Below, in pieces: positions 1-8,573 of a stretch of DNA of 24,000 nucleotides. The translations under genes and the position numbers were made by a program. Each line of letters begins with the position of its first letter. Within the stretch, counting starts at the first letter, position 1. The notes below the pieces were generated by a model. It searched no databases and had not been told where the DNA came from. It worked only from the letters and a program-made list of their open reading frames with translations. The DNA comes from an uncultured archaeon (lineage in GTDB: Archaea > Asgardarchaeota > Heimdallarchaeia > Heimdallarchaeales > Kariarchaeaceae). The DNA lies in the NCBI GenBank assembly GCA_964600735.1, contig CAZRLL010000002.1, positions 1-24,000 of the forward strand, given 5' to 3'.

Positions 1-295
1 TAATAGGCACCCCTATAAATCAAATAGTTGATTTTTTAAGTGCTGAATGTGAGATAAATCATTGATTGTTGTACATTTATAAAACTCATAATCAACCAAA
101 AAACTTAGTTTTCAATATTTATCTTATAGCGATATGAGATCGCGTCTAATTCTTCAGATTTAGGATTTTCCAGAATTTAATTTATTGGATTAATACTTAT
201 AAACATAAAAAATAAAGCTGTATTAATATAAATTAAAGCTCATACCAACTATTTTTTAACTGATAAAACAATAATAATATTAGGGCAATAAGAAA

Positions 296-829
296 ATGAG
301 TTTCGATCCCTTTGAAAATCTCCCGGATAATATAAAAGATGCAATTAAAGAGATATTACGTCGAATTGAGCACATAGATCCAGATGAAATTACGGAAATT
401 ATGTCTCAACTTTTGGGGAAGGACTTTATTGACAAGTTAAAAGATTTGATCAAAGGAGATAACAAAAATTTTGCTTTCCCATTAGATCCAAATATGGCAA
501 AAAATTTTGAAATTGTGTTAAAAGACCTTATTGGTGGCGAACCTAATACTGTAAGTCAGAATTATGAAACAATCGAGGAAGAAACACCTTATTATGAGAT
601 TATCCCCCCGACCGATCGACGTGGACAAATAGTTGTGGACCTTCCGGGTATAACAGATGTTCGACAAGTTTTTTGGAAAAGGGTAAATAATAATCTTGAA
701 TTAATAGCTTCTACATCAGGCATTAAATACAAAGTTAATATCCCACTCAGAGAAAAGTTGAAAATACTTGACATGTTCGCAGAAGTAAAAAATTCAGTAT
801 TGATTATACCTTTACAATTCAGCGATTAG
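296..829 (+). CDS. Hsp20/alpha-crystallin-like small heat shock family protein
   Basis: C-terminal half has an Hsp20-like pattern: RRGQIVVDLPGITDVRQVFWKRVNNNLELIAS...YKVNIPL...NSVLIIPLQ (PG motif, terminal beta-strand). N-terminus is helical and charged. Confidence 0.6.
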   Translation: MSFDPFENLPDNIKDAIKEILRRIEHIDPDEITEIMSQLLGKDFIDKLKDLIKGDNKNFAFPLDPNMAKNFEIVLKDLIGGEPNTVSQNYETIEEETPYYEIIPPTDRRGQIVVDLPGITDVRQVFWKRVNNNLELIASTSGIKYKVNIPLREKLKILDMFAEVKNSVLIIPLQFSD

Positions 830-861
830 AAATATTTGCATTGCAATATCTTGGTGTGACA

Positions 862-1410
862 ATGAATTTTATTTTGGATAAAATTAGTAAAAATCGCTCG
901 ATTAGTAATTTGCAGAAATATGATATTATTAAATTGTCTACTAATGATAATCAAATTGACTGTTATATGGTGTATGAAATTGAAAAGGATATGAACATAC
1001 CAGCTGTATTGCTTCAATTATGGAAATTTGAAGGAGGGTATGATCATATGTTTATTAATACATTGGAAAATGATCTGAACATAAATATACATGTTCCTGT
1101 GATGATACCCTTGAAAATATATGGAAAAATAAAAAAAATCACATCTTATCGACCCGAAAAATCGGGATTAACTGAAAAAGAGGAGTTTTTCTTTGATGTT
1201 TGGCCAAAATCAGAATCTCCCAAGATTGATAATGTCCATACATTACCATATAAATGCAAGATCACTTACCAAGATCAAATTAAGGAATTAATTTTACCGA
1301 GTTGGACACCCCTTCAAAAATTGCCCTTAGACAAAATAAAAATTGGCAGTGTTCTCGAAATTTGGGAAACAGATGACATTAGCACAATTGTTAAAGTCCA
1401 AAAACTGTAA
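862..1410 (+). CDS. hypothetical protein (no family recognised)
   Basis: Intact ORF. The track starts at TTG 841; ATG at 862 (MNFILDKISKN...) is a more plausible start. Lies just downstream of the Hsp20-like ORF, same strand. Confidence 0.5.
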   Translation: MNFILDKISKNRSISNLQKYDIIKLSTNDNQIDCYMVYEIEKDMNIPAVLLQLWKFEGGYDHMFINTLENDLNINIHVPVMIPLKIYGKIKKITSYRPEKSGLTEKEEFFFDVWPKSESPKIDNVHTLPYKCKITYQDQIKELILPSWTPLQKLPLDKIKIGSVLEIWETDDISTIVKVQKL

Positions 1411-1477
1411 TTATTAAAAAAGAAGGTTTTCAGGCCATTAAAGATATTAGATAGAATAAATTTCTTAGTATTGGTAA

Positions 1478-1861
1478 TTAACTGGCTAATATCCCTTTCA
1501 AGGGTTCTGCAAAATCACGTATAGTGTTTAGAGTGATTCCTACAGAATGGAGTTCTTTAGAAGCACCAATAAGTATATGTTCACCTGCAGTAACCAATAT
1601 TGTAAAACCAATTTCACCTCTAATTAACATTGCTTGTAGTTGACCATGATTCATCCTAGAGGTTACCATCGTTCCAGTAGACATCACTGCGGCGGATATT
1701 GCAGATAATAAATCTGGATCAGCACCTGCTTGTACAAAAAATGCGAGCGTTATACCCTCCCGAGTGATGATTCCTAACGCTTCTAATTCACATTGTTTTG
1801 AGATAGATGTAAGGAGTTTTACCAATTCTTGTTTTTGTTTTGCATTAATCTCTGTGGACAT
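1478..1861 (-). CDS. Roadblock/LC7 domain protein
   Basis: LLTSISKQCELEALGIITREGITLAFFVQAGADPDLLSAISAAVMSTGTMVTSRMNHGQLQAMLIRGEIGFTILVTAGEHILIGASKE is a typical Roadblock/LC7 pattern. Track start is 1924; the internal ATG at 1861 (MSTEINAKQ) is more likely. Confidence 0.8.
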   Translation of the reverse strand: MSTEINAKQKQELVKLLTSISKQCELEALGIITREGITLAFFVQAGADPDLLSAISAAVMSTGTMVTSRMNHGQLQAMLIRGEIGFTILVTAGEHILIGASKELHSVGITLNTIRDFAEPLKGILAS

Positions 1862-2051
1862 CCGATATCTATTTCTTTTCATACTAGGTTTAGTATTTTT
1901 TCTTGAACCATATTGAGGATTCAATTAAAAATTGTTTAATTAAGGTGATTTTTGCATGATATCAATAAACGTTATTTCTTGAAATCCCATCTAAATCTGA
2001 GATGACATGTCATGTATCCAAAAGACAATAAATATTTATAAGAAAAAATAG

Positions 2052-2126
2052 TGGGCCCGGCCAGATTTGAACTGGCGACCTTCTCGGTGTAAACGAGACG
2101 TTATAACCAGGCTAAACCACGAGCCC
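2052..2126 (-). tRNA. tRNA-Val (anticodon UAC)
   Basis: Reverse complement GGGCTCG-TG-GTTT...-TCTCG-TTTACAC-CGAGA-AGGTC-GCCAG-TTCAAAT-CTGGC-CGGGCCC-A folds as a cloverleaf; loop TTTACAC gives anticodon TAC. CCA not encoded. Confidence 0.93.
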
Positions 2127-2449
2127 TTTTTTTGCAAATTAACTTAACTACATTGTTGAAATCAAATATTAAGTTATTAAAATTCACGTTTTAAAACAAA
2201 AATTTGAAGGGAGTTGTCATTTAATTATTAGAACAGAATTGTATTATTTTCACGTTTTGATTTCAATTATTGATTATGGATTAATAATTTGACTAAATTT
2301 TTTTTCTAAGGCCAATGTTACCTCAATTATGTTCATGGATATATTTTTTGAGCATATTTTATAATGTGCAAGACATTACCTAGAAACTTAAAACTAAAAA
2401 AAAGAAAAGAAAATTAGTTTATAATTTAAAGATATGCTATAAACTACTC

Positions 2450-2554
2450 GCCCCGATGGTGTAGCCAGGCCAATCATCCTACAATGTATATGCATTTGGG
2501 ATTGAATTTTGGGCTTTCATCCCAAAGACTCGGGTTCAAATCCCGGTCGGGGCA
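2450..2554 (+). tRNA. tRNA-Glu (anticodon UUC) with a 30-nt intron
   Basis: Acceptor GCCCCGA/TCGGGGC, T arm TCGGG-TTCAAAT-CCCGG, anticodon arm TTGGG-CTTTCAT-CCCAA (anticodon TTC). Removing 30 nt between the D arm and anticodon stem leaves a 75-nt cloverleaf. Confidence 0.88.
2477..2506 (+). other. candidate noncanonical tRNA intron between D arm and anticodon stem (about nt 24-26)
   Basis: Bulge-helix-bulge-like fold: central helix CAAT(2471-2474)/ATTG(2501-2504), 3-nt bulges CA|T and AA|T, intron stem CCTA/TGGG extended by AATG/CATT with loop TATATG. Excision restores ...AATCA+TTTTGGG... Confidence 0.75.
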
Positions 2555-2642
2555 TTCTTTTGTTTTTGTTAATAATTAAATTGAATGCCCCATGGCGGTT
2601 AAAAATCATAATTGGAACAATTTGTTATCAATTAGAATAATA

Positions 2643-2732
2643 TGGGCCTGGTGAGATTTGAACTCACGACGAACCGGTGTCTCAATGAAAAATTATGAGC
2701 CAGCCACTCTAACCAGGCTGAGTTACAGGCCC
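2643..2732 (-). tRNA. tRNA with CAU anticodon (elongator Met or Ile2), intron-containing
   Basis: Reverse complement GGGCCTG-TA-ACTC...-GCTGG-CTCATA-[intron]-A-CCGGT...-GTGAG-TTCAAAT-CTCAC-CAGGCCC-A; anticodon CAT. Confidence 0.88.
2679..2693 (-). other. canonical 37/38 tRNA intron (15 nt)
   Basis: Intron ATTTTTCATTGAGAC (RNA strand). CTCA (nt 32-35) pairs with TGAG in the intron; bulges TA|A and AC|A flank it, a standard bulge-helix-bulge. Confidence 0.85.
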
Positions 2733-2936
2733 TAGAGCGGTCAATTTGATAATTGACTAATTTTATATAATTATTCAATCACTTAAAAATTATGATTGGG
2801 TCTTGTTAACCCAACTTCAAAGGTTTTATATTGAATTGTTAAAAATCTACTTTATAATCATTATGTATTGATGATCCAGAATGAATTGTATTCTAATAAC
2901 AAGTTTTTTACATTTAGTATATATTAATCAATTTGG

Positions 2937-3284
2937 ATGGAATTTTGCGAAGAATGCGATTCATTATTGTTACCCAAAAAAATAAACAACCGAGTTGTTC
3001 CATTTTGTCCCGATTGTAATGAGAGCAAAGAAGAGGGGAAGCTAGGTAAGATTTCTTTTGAAGATGATGAAAGAAAAAAGGATCCTGAAGGTGGAAAATT
3101 ACTTGTGATAGAGAGTGATTCAAATGCGGTTGTTGGTAGACCAAGAAAAGATATGTTATGTCCAAAATGTCAATCTATCCAAGAAATCGAATATTGGGAA
3201 ATACAGACACGAAGTGCAGATGAAGCCCCTACACGCTTCTTCAGGTGTATGAATTGCGACAAAAACTGGAGAGAATACGATTAA
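2937..3284 (+). CDS. tfs: Transcription factor S (archaeal TFIIS-like cleavage factor)
   Basis: N-terminal zinc ribbon FCEECDSLLLP...FCPDC and C-terminal zinc ribbon CPKCQ...EIQTRSADEAPTRFFRCMNCDKNWREY, including the catalytic DE pair. Confidence 0.95.
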   Translation: MEFCEECDSLLLPKKINNRVVPFCPDCNESKEEGKLGKISFEDDERKKDPEGGKLLVIESDSNAVVGRPRKDMLCPKCQSIQEIEYWEIQTRSADEAPTRFFRCMNCDKNWREYD

Positions 3285-3303
3285 AAGATTGTAGGGTGAA
3301 GAT

Positions 3304-3633
3304 ATGACATCCCGCGTAAGACCTAAACCTTCAATAGATTTTACGATAATTGATATACCTGAGGGAAATTCATCTATCAGAATAATTTCATCGGTAGTAG
3401 TGTGTTCAGGTAATTTCCTTATCTTAAATGATGGTACAAGTCAAATTACAATAGCGCTTGGACCATATCATTGTTCTCAATTTTCTATAGGTAAGTTATA
3501 CCGTTTTATCATTTCAATTACCAAATTAGAGGATAAAATTGAGGGGATTTTGATATCTTACAACAGTATTACAAAAAATCAAGCCCAACGATATAAAAGA
3601 TTGGTAAGACTTGAAAAACGAAATCAAAAGTAA
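3304..3633 (+). CDS. small OB-fold-like (putative nucleic-acid-binding) protein
   Basis: IRIISSVVVCSGNFLILNDGTSQITIALGP...FSIGKLYRFIISITKLEDKIEGILISYNSI resembles a five-strand OB fold; sits between tfs and pcn. Confidence 0.55.
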   Translation: MTSRVRPKPSIDFTIIDIPEGNSSIRIISSVVVCSGNFLILNDGTSQITIALGPYHCSQFSIGKLYRFIISITKLEDKIEGILISYNSITKNQAQRYKRLVRLEKRNQK

Positions 3634-3677
3634 TGAATTATTAATAATTAAATTATTAGTCAAATGAGGTTCTATTA

Positions 3678-4511
3678 ATGACTGTAAAAATTTTTCTTGA
3701 TCAAGGCAAATTGATGAAAACGATTGTTGATGCGATGGTTTCAGTATCAGAAGATGTCACCATAGAGATAAGCGAAAACGGTTTTCGGGCTCAGGCAAGG
3801 GATATCGGAAATGCAATTGTGGTGGATACATTTCTGGATAAGCAAATATTTTCTAAAATTGATGCTCCATCATCAGGGATTTTTCACATTGATTTAGAAG
3901 ATTTTTCAGATTTTATAAAAACATCAAAAAGTGACGATTCCTTGAAAATTGAGGATAATACTGATAGAGGAACTCTAGATCTGGAGCTAAAATCATCAGA
4001 AATTACAAAACGCATACAATTGAGGTTAAACGACGTAAAAAACCATAGATTTATGAAAATTATTGACCGAAAATTCTTATCTGGTTGCGAGATGGATGCA
4101 GGTTTATTTGCAGATGCGGTTAAAGCTGCAGAATTGGGTGATGAACATGTTACATTAACTCATGATAAAGAAAAATTACATTTTACCGCTGCCTCAAATA
4201 CACGTTCTGCAGAAGCAACTATACATTATATCGATAATAACAAAGTTGGAAATGTAAATTTCGAAACTGGGACCTATCAAAACCGAAGTGGTGATACAGT
4301 GCAAATACCTGAAGTTCACGAAGCTACCTTTGGTTTGAAGTTTCTTAAACGAATATCAAAAATAGGAAGATCAGGTCAAACACTAAAATTAAGTATGACT
4401 AATAGTGAACCGTTAAGGATCATATACACTATTGATGATGAAGATAATGAAGAACAGGGGTATGTTGCATTTGCTGTGGCTCCCAGAGTTCTTGAAGATG
4501 ACATCATGTAA
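3678..4511 (+). CDS. pcn: DNA polymerase sliding clamp (PCNA)
   Basis: LMKTIVDAMVSVSEDVTIEISENGFRAQARDIGNAIVVDTFL..., ...HVTLTHDKEKLHFTAASNT..., ...IGRSGQTLKLSMTNSEPLRIIYTIDDEDNEEQGYVAFAVAPRV: archaeal/eukaryotic PCNA features. Confidence 0.95.
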   Translation: MTVKIFLDQGKLMKTIVDAMVSVSEDVTIEISENGFRAQARDIGNAIVVDTFLDKQIFSKIDAPSSGIFHIDLEDFSDFIKTSKSDDSLKIEDNTDRGTLDLELKSSEITKRIQLRLNDVKNHRFMKIIDRKFLSGCEMDAGLFADAVKAAELGDEHVTLTHDKEKLHFTAASNTRSAEATIHYIDNNKVGNVNFETGTYQNRSGDTVQIPEVHEATFGLKFLKRISKIGRSGQTLKLSMTNSEPLRIIYTIDDEDNEEQGYVAFAVAPRVLEDDIM

Positions 4512-4543
4512 TAAAAATATAGAAAATTAGGGAAATTGGTTAT

Positions 4544-5095
4544 ATGACTATTTATGAAATATTGGTTGCTTCATGGAAAAGGGAAAAAGAGGGATTGCAA
4601 TTAAATACGATGGATACTAATTTTTTTGAAAAATGTAGGGCCTACATTAACCACCTTGAAACGCAAGCAAGTAGTGAAACAGACATTTCAATAGCAAAAT
4701 TATTTAATAATCGATGGGTACGAGTTAACTATCTATTTAACGATCTAATTACTCTTAGATTACAAAAACAATTTCAAATTATCATTAATGGAGATAAATC
4801 ACCCAGTCCAATTCCCTTTGAGGAAGAGCATTTGAGAAATCAACTGATCAATTTACTTTTAACATATAGAGATGAAGTCATCGGGATTAAAACAAAAATT
4901 CAAAATGAGAATGATCAAGATGAAGGTGACAATTATGAATTGGTTCATTTTTCTCAAAATGAGAATTTGCAAACGGTAGGAGTCGATTTAAGAAAATATG
5001 GACCTTTTGAAAAAGGTGATTTGGCAATTATACCAAAAGAAAATATGAGATACTTCATGAAAAGATCTAAAGTAGATCACATCAAAATCGATTAA
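4544..5095 (+). CDS. GINS complex subunit (Gins51/Sld5-type)
   Basis: N-terminal helical A domain (YLFNDLITLRLQKQFQIIING) and C-terminal B domain VDLRKYGPFEKGDLAIIPKENMRYFMKRSKVDHI; directly follows pcn. Confidence 0.85.
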   Translation: MTIYEILVASWKREKEGLQLNTMDTNFFEKCRAYINHLETQASSETDISIAKLFNNRWVRVNYLFNDLITLRLQKQFQIIINGDKSPSPIPFEEEHLRNQLINLLLTYRDEVIGIKTKIQNENDQDEGDNYELVHFSQNENLQTVGVDLRKYGPFEKGDLAIIPKENMRYFMKRSKVDHIKID

Positions 5096-5110
5096 TAATT
5101 AATAGTCTGT

Positions 5111-5157
5111 TTAGAGTTATAATTATAGCCGCCATGATAATAAATTATAGACTCTAA
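5111..5157. terminator. candidate stem-loop between convergent genes
   Basis: TTAGAGT+TATAATT (5111-5124) pairs with AATTATA+g+ACTCTAA (5143-5157), 14 bp with one bulged G and a 18-nt loop, followed by T-rich sequence near 5165-5200. Confidence 0.4.
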
Positions 5158-5241
5158 TAGCTCTTATTCTTTTATATTTGTTTTTTTCTTTTTATCTACA
5201 GAAATTTATCATAGGCAGTTGAATTATTAATTATCCTAAAT

Positions 5242-5433
5242 TTAATTTAATATATCTATAACCTCTGCATGTAAACGAGCTTTACCACCCATTGGTTCGG
5301 CGATTAGTGCATTGCAATCATTTGATGAGCATTCAATTTTTGTTTTTGCGTGATCAAAAACTATCATCTCATTTTCACACTCGGAACATTTTACTCTAAG
5401 AAAACTGGAATTGGGTTTTGGGATCAAATTCAT
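5242..5433 (-). CDS. rps27e: 30S ribosomal protein S27e
   Basis: SSFLRVKCSECENEMIVFDHAKTKIECSSNDCNALIAEPMGGKARL: S27e zinc-ribbon signature. Confidence 0.92.
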   Translation of the reverse strand: MNLIPKPNSSFLRVKCSECENEMIVFDHAKTKIECSSNDCNALIAEPMGGKARLHAEVIDILN

Positions 5434-5692
5434 AATTCAAAAATGAACTTTTAGCAATTAAATCTATAGATAACGCGTCAAGTACGAAAAGAATTTTCCG
5501 TTTGAATTGATACGAATTAAGTCAGGAAACCCTAATTATCAAATGGGATAATTATTTAACAAGTTAGTAAAGGATTTAAAATAATATAGATAATGATGTT
5601 GGATGTAATCACATGGTGTTTGGATTCAATAATAATATATGCTGTAAACCAATACCTAATTAACCTCATTGTGTCTTTTAATTTAATGTAAT

Positions 5693-7186
5693 ATGTCTCT
5701 GGAAATAACTCCTCTTAGATTAATTATGTTTACATCAGAAACTTGTGTATACTGTCCACCAATTGAAACAATAGTGAGAGAAGTTGTTGGATCTGGTATG
5801 CAGGATCTGGTTCATGTATCAACAATTGATATTGACGATGATCATGAAGCTAGTTCTCGATATCAAATTCAATCTCTTCCAACCTTAGTCATAAATGATG
5901 AAATTGTCTTGCAGGGTGGAATGGATGATGATTCAGTTAGAGATCTATTGTGGTCAACATTATTAAATCAAGCGATAACTTCAGAACAGGCAATTACGTT
6001 GACGAAAAATTCTTTACTTGCACTTACTATGAACGCAATGGATTCTCTCAATGGTTCAAAAGTATTAAGACCATCGGTAGGAGACTATACTCATATCGGT
6101 GTATTTCAGCAATATCTTTTGAGTCTTTATAGCTTAGATCCATTAATTCCACATTTGTTGTACAAAGCAGGCTATCAATTGGGAATGTTTGGGATGATGC
6201 ATCATGTGTTGACATTACTCAATCCTAAACTTGGCAGAACCCCTAAAAGAGATCTAAGATTCAAACACTTAGCCTATGCTTTAACTCTCTATTTTTCGGA
6301 TAGGGAGATTCTTCCAACATTACTTGCAGAATCTGCGAACGTTGTTAAAATTACAGACACCCAGATAGATCTCCGAGTAAATGACATGGCTTCAGCGTCT
6401 ATTAGGATCGATGTAGGTGAACCCATGTGTGGATTTTTTGCTGGACAACTTGCTGGAGTTACTGCTGCGGTTATGGGGATGTCTGGAACTGCTGCTAGTT
6501 GTGAAGAATTAATTTGTATGGCTAATGGTGGTGAATATTGTCTATTCCAAATATCTATTGCTGGGGAAGAATTAGCAGAAAAACCACTTCCTCCACTTGA
6601 AAATAAGGAGGAACGTGCAGGAAGGAGGCAAAACTTCTATGAAGTCATTCATGAAATGACAAATATTATTCAAGATAGTAATTTGATGATTAAAACTCAA
6701 CGAGTTAAAGTTAGAGACTTCATTCACATATCTGTTTTACAACCAATAATAATATCAATTAAATTCCTAGATAGATTTTCAGGGACAATTTTGTATAATG
6801 GAGGAAAAGAATTGGGAGTATTTGGACCGGGGAAACAGTTACTAATTCGATTGGTTCAAGAGGAAGGAATACAAGTTCCCGTGCCTCTAGAAAAAGCTGT
6901 AAATCTATTATTGGCATATTTAAGACACCCGACAACCATGCTTGGGAGAGAACATGGTCTAGTTAGGCTGAATCACGAAGACGATGACAGTTATACCTTA
7001 GAAATTGATGATAGTGTAAGTATCGCCGGAATGCAGACAGCAGAACTTAATAAAACATTTTGTGATTTTCAAGCTGGATTTATTGCTGGTAGATTATATA
7101 TTCTTGTTGGAAAGGATCCAATAGTGAAAGAAATAGAGTGCCAAGGAACTGGACATCAAACTTGCAAATATCGAATTACGGTTTAA
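5693..7186 (+). CDS. thioredoxin-like domain fused to two V4R (4-vinyl reductase) domains
   Basis: N-term LIMFTSETCVYCPPIETIVREV...SLPTLVINDEIVLQGG (CxxC Trx/Grx fold). V4R-like ends: CGFFAGQLAGVTAAVMGMSGTAASCEELICMANGGEYCLFQI and TFCDFQAGFIAGRLYILVGKDPIVKEIECQGTGHQTCKYRI. Confidence 0.8.
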   Translation: MSLEITPLRLIMFTSETCVYCPPIETIVREVVGSGMQDLVHVSTIDIDDDHEASSRYQIQSLPTLVINDEIVLQGGMDDDSVRDLLWSTLLNQAITSEQAITLTKNSLLALTMNAMDSLNGSKVLRPSVGDYTHIGVFQQYLLSLYSLDPLIPHLLYKAGYQLGMFGMMHHVLTLLNPKLGRTPKRDLRFKHLAYALTLYFSDREILPTLLAESANVVKITDTQIDLRVNDMASASIRIDVGEPMCGFFAGQLAGVTAAVMGMSGTAASCEELICMANGGEYCLFQISIAGEELAEKPLPPLENKEERAGRRQNFYEVIHEMTNIIQDSNLMIKTQRVKVRDFIHISVLQPIIISIKFLDRFSGTILYNGGKELGVFGPGKQLLIRLVQEEGIQVPVPLEKAVNLLLAYLRHPTTMLGREHGLVRLNHEDDDSYTLEIDDSVSIAGMQTAELNKTFCDFQAGFIAGRLYILVGKDPIVKEIECQGTGHQTCKYRITV

Positions 7187-7401
7187 ACGGATATTTTTAA
7201 TAAATCAAATATTAAATAAAATAATTAAATTTAATTTTGATATCCGAACTTTAAATGTTAATGATATCATCATTATTTTTTCACTTTCATTATTATTAAA
7301 GAAAAAATGATAAAATACCTTATTTTCCAATTGAATAGCATACCAGAGCTGATATTAATGAATAATCATTTAAACTATGAATCACAAATAGTTATGTAAG
7401 C

Positions 7402-7770
7402 ATGGCCCGCCGTCGTAAAAGATCATTCGATAGTTTGGATGATCTGCTACCTAATGAATTAATTGAATCAACAAGTGGCTCGACTGTGGTAGAACTTAAA
7501 GCAATTGTGAATCAACTTGAAAAACAAATGCAAGATATGATTGATAAATATGAGAAGCAAATTGAACAACTATCTGAAAGATTAGAATCAATCGAAAGTG
7601 ATTTTGGTCAAGTTGTTGAGACACTAAAATCACCTGATGCTTCTTCAGGGGGTCAATCTATTCCTTCTAGTCCGGTTAGTAGTTCAATGCCGCCACCAGC
7701 AGCAGCCACTACACCACCATCAACCACTCCCCCACCATCAGGGGGACCCAAACCTCCATCTTTAGGTTAA
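7402..7770 (+). CDS. hypothetical coiled-coil protein with proline-rich C-terminal tail
   Basis: Heptad-like VVELKAIVNQLEKQMQDMIDKYEKQIEQLSERLESIESDFGQVVETLK, then SSMPPPAAATTPPSTTPPPSGGPKPPSLG. Confidence 0.55.
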   Translation: MARRRKRSFDSLDDLLPNELIESTSGSTVVELKAIVNQLEKQMQDMIDKYEKQIEQLSERLESIESDFGQVVETLKSPDASSGGQSIPSSPVSSSMPPPAAATTPPSTTPPPSGGPKPPSLG

Positions 7771-8020
7771 CTTTCAAATCATCACAATGTAAAATAGAAA
7801 ATTAATTAATTATATCAATTAATGAATGTTTAATTTTTTATAAGGCTTCAATCAAAATTATTTCATTGGAAAATTATCGCCAAAATTTTTAATATCTAAA
7901 AATTACCCAGATAGTTATCCTAACAGTTATAGATTACAAAATGTTGGAGTTAATATTGGGTAATCGATCTTTGGAGATTAGTTAATCCCATCCTTTCTGA
8001 CCATTTTCGGACGGTACTAG

Positions 8021-8554
8021 ATGACATCAATTTCAGAAGAGCAACGTCAAACACTTTTGAGTATGGTAGAAGATGTAGCTGGACCAGAAGTTCGAGAGGT
8101 AACTATTATTTTGCTCTCCCATAAAGGAGAGTTAACAGATGAAATTATTGCAGAAGAGTTGGATATAAAACTAAATCAAGTTCGAAAAGCCCTATACCGA
8201 CTCCACGATCTGGAATTAGCAACTTTCCGCAGGATTAGGGATAAAACTACAGGTTGGTTCATATTTTATTGGAAGTTGCATCCTGAAAAAATAACAAGTC
8301 TTGTATTCACAAAACAACGAAATGTTTTGGAGAAAATTCAGACTCGATTGAGTTATGAGGAAGGTAACATGTTTTTCAGCTGTTTAACACCCAGTTGCAA
8401 CAGAGTGACTTTTCAGAATGCTATGGAACAAGATTTTATCTGTGTAGACTGTGAAGAAAGATTGGAATCTTTTGATAATTCAAAAATAATTAAAGTACTA
8501 AGATTAAAGGTCGAACAACTAAATAAAATCCTAATAGAAGAAGATAGGGAATAA
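8021..8554 (+). CDS. tfe: Transcription initiation factor TFE (TFIIE alpha-like)
   Basis: Winged helix ELTDEIIAEELDIKLNQVRKALYRLHDLELATFRRIRDKTTGWFIFYWKL and zinc ribbon CLTPSCNRVTFQNAMEQDFICVDCEERL. Confidence 0.9.
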   Translation: MTSISEEQRQTLLSMVEDVAGPEVREVTIILLSHKGELTDEIIAEELDIKLNQVRKALYRLHDLELATFRRIRDKTTGWFIFYWKLHPEKITSLVFTKQRNVLEKIQTRLSYEEGNMFFSCLTPSCNRVTFQNAMEQDFICVDCEERLESFDNSKIIKVLRLKVEQLNKILIEEDRE

Positions 8555-8573
8555 GGAAAAAGTCTTCACTAAG

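Noticed and set aside
592-774. 60-aa minus-strand ORF
   Set aside because: Lies antisense inside the Hsp20-like gene with no recognisable family; shadow ORF.
826-1017. 63-aa plus-strand ORF MKQYSWYVHILFNF...
   Set aside because: Overlaps the better-supported 862-1410 ORF in another frame; AT-rich composition explains it.
2156-2266. 11-nt inverted repeat TTGAAATCAAA / TTTGATTTCAA and repeated TTCACGTTTT
   Set aside because: Short, separated by 89 nt and in very AT-rich non-coding DNA; likely by chance without conservation evidence.
2914-3165. 83-aa minus-strand ORF
   Set aside because: Antisense to the confident tfs gene; no motif.
5950-6132. 60-aa plus-strand ORF
   Set aside because: Alternate frame inside the Trx-V4R-V4R gene.
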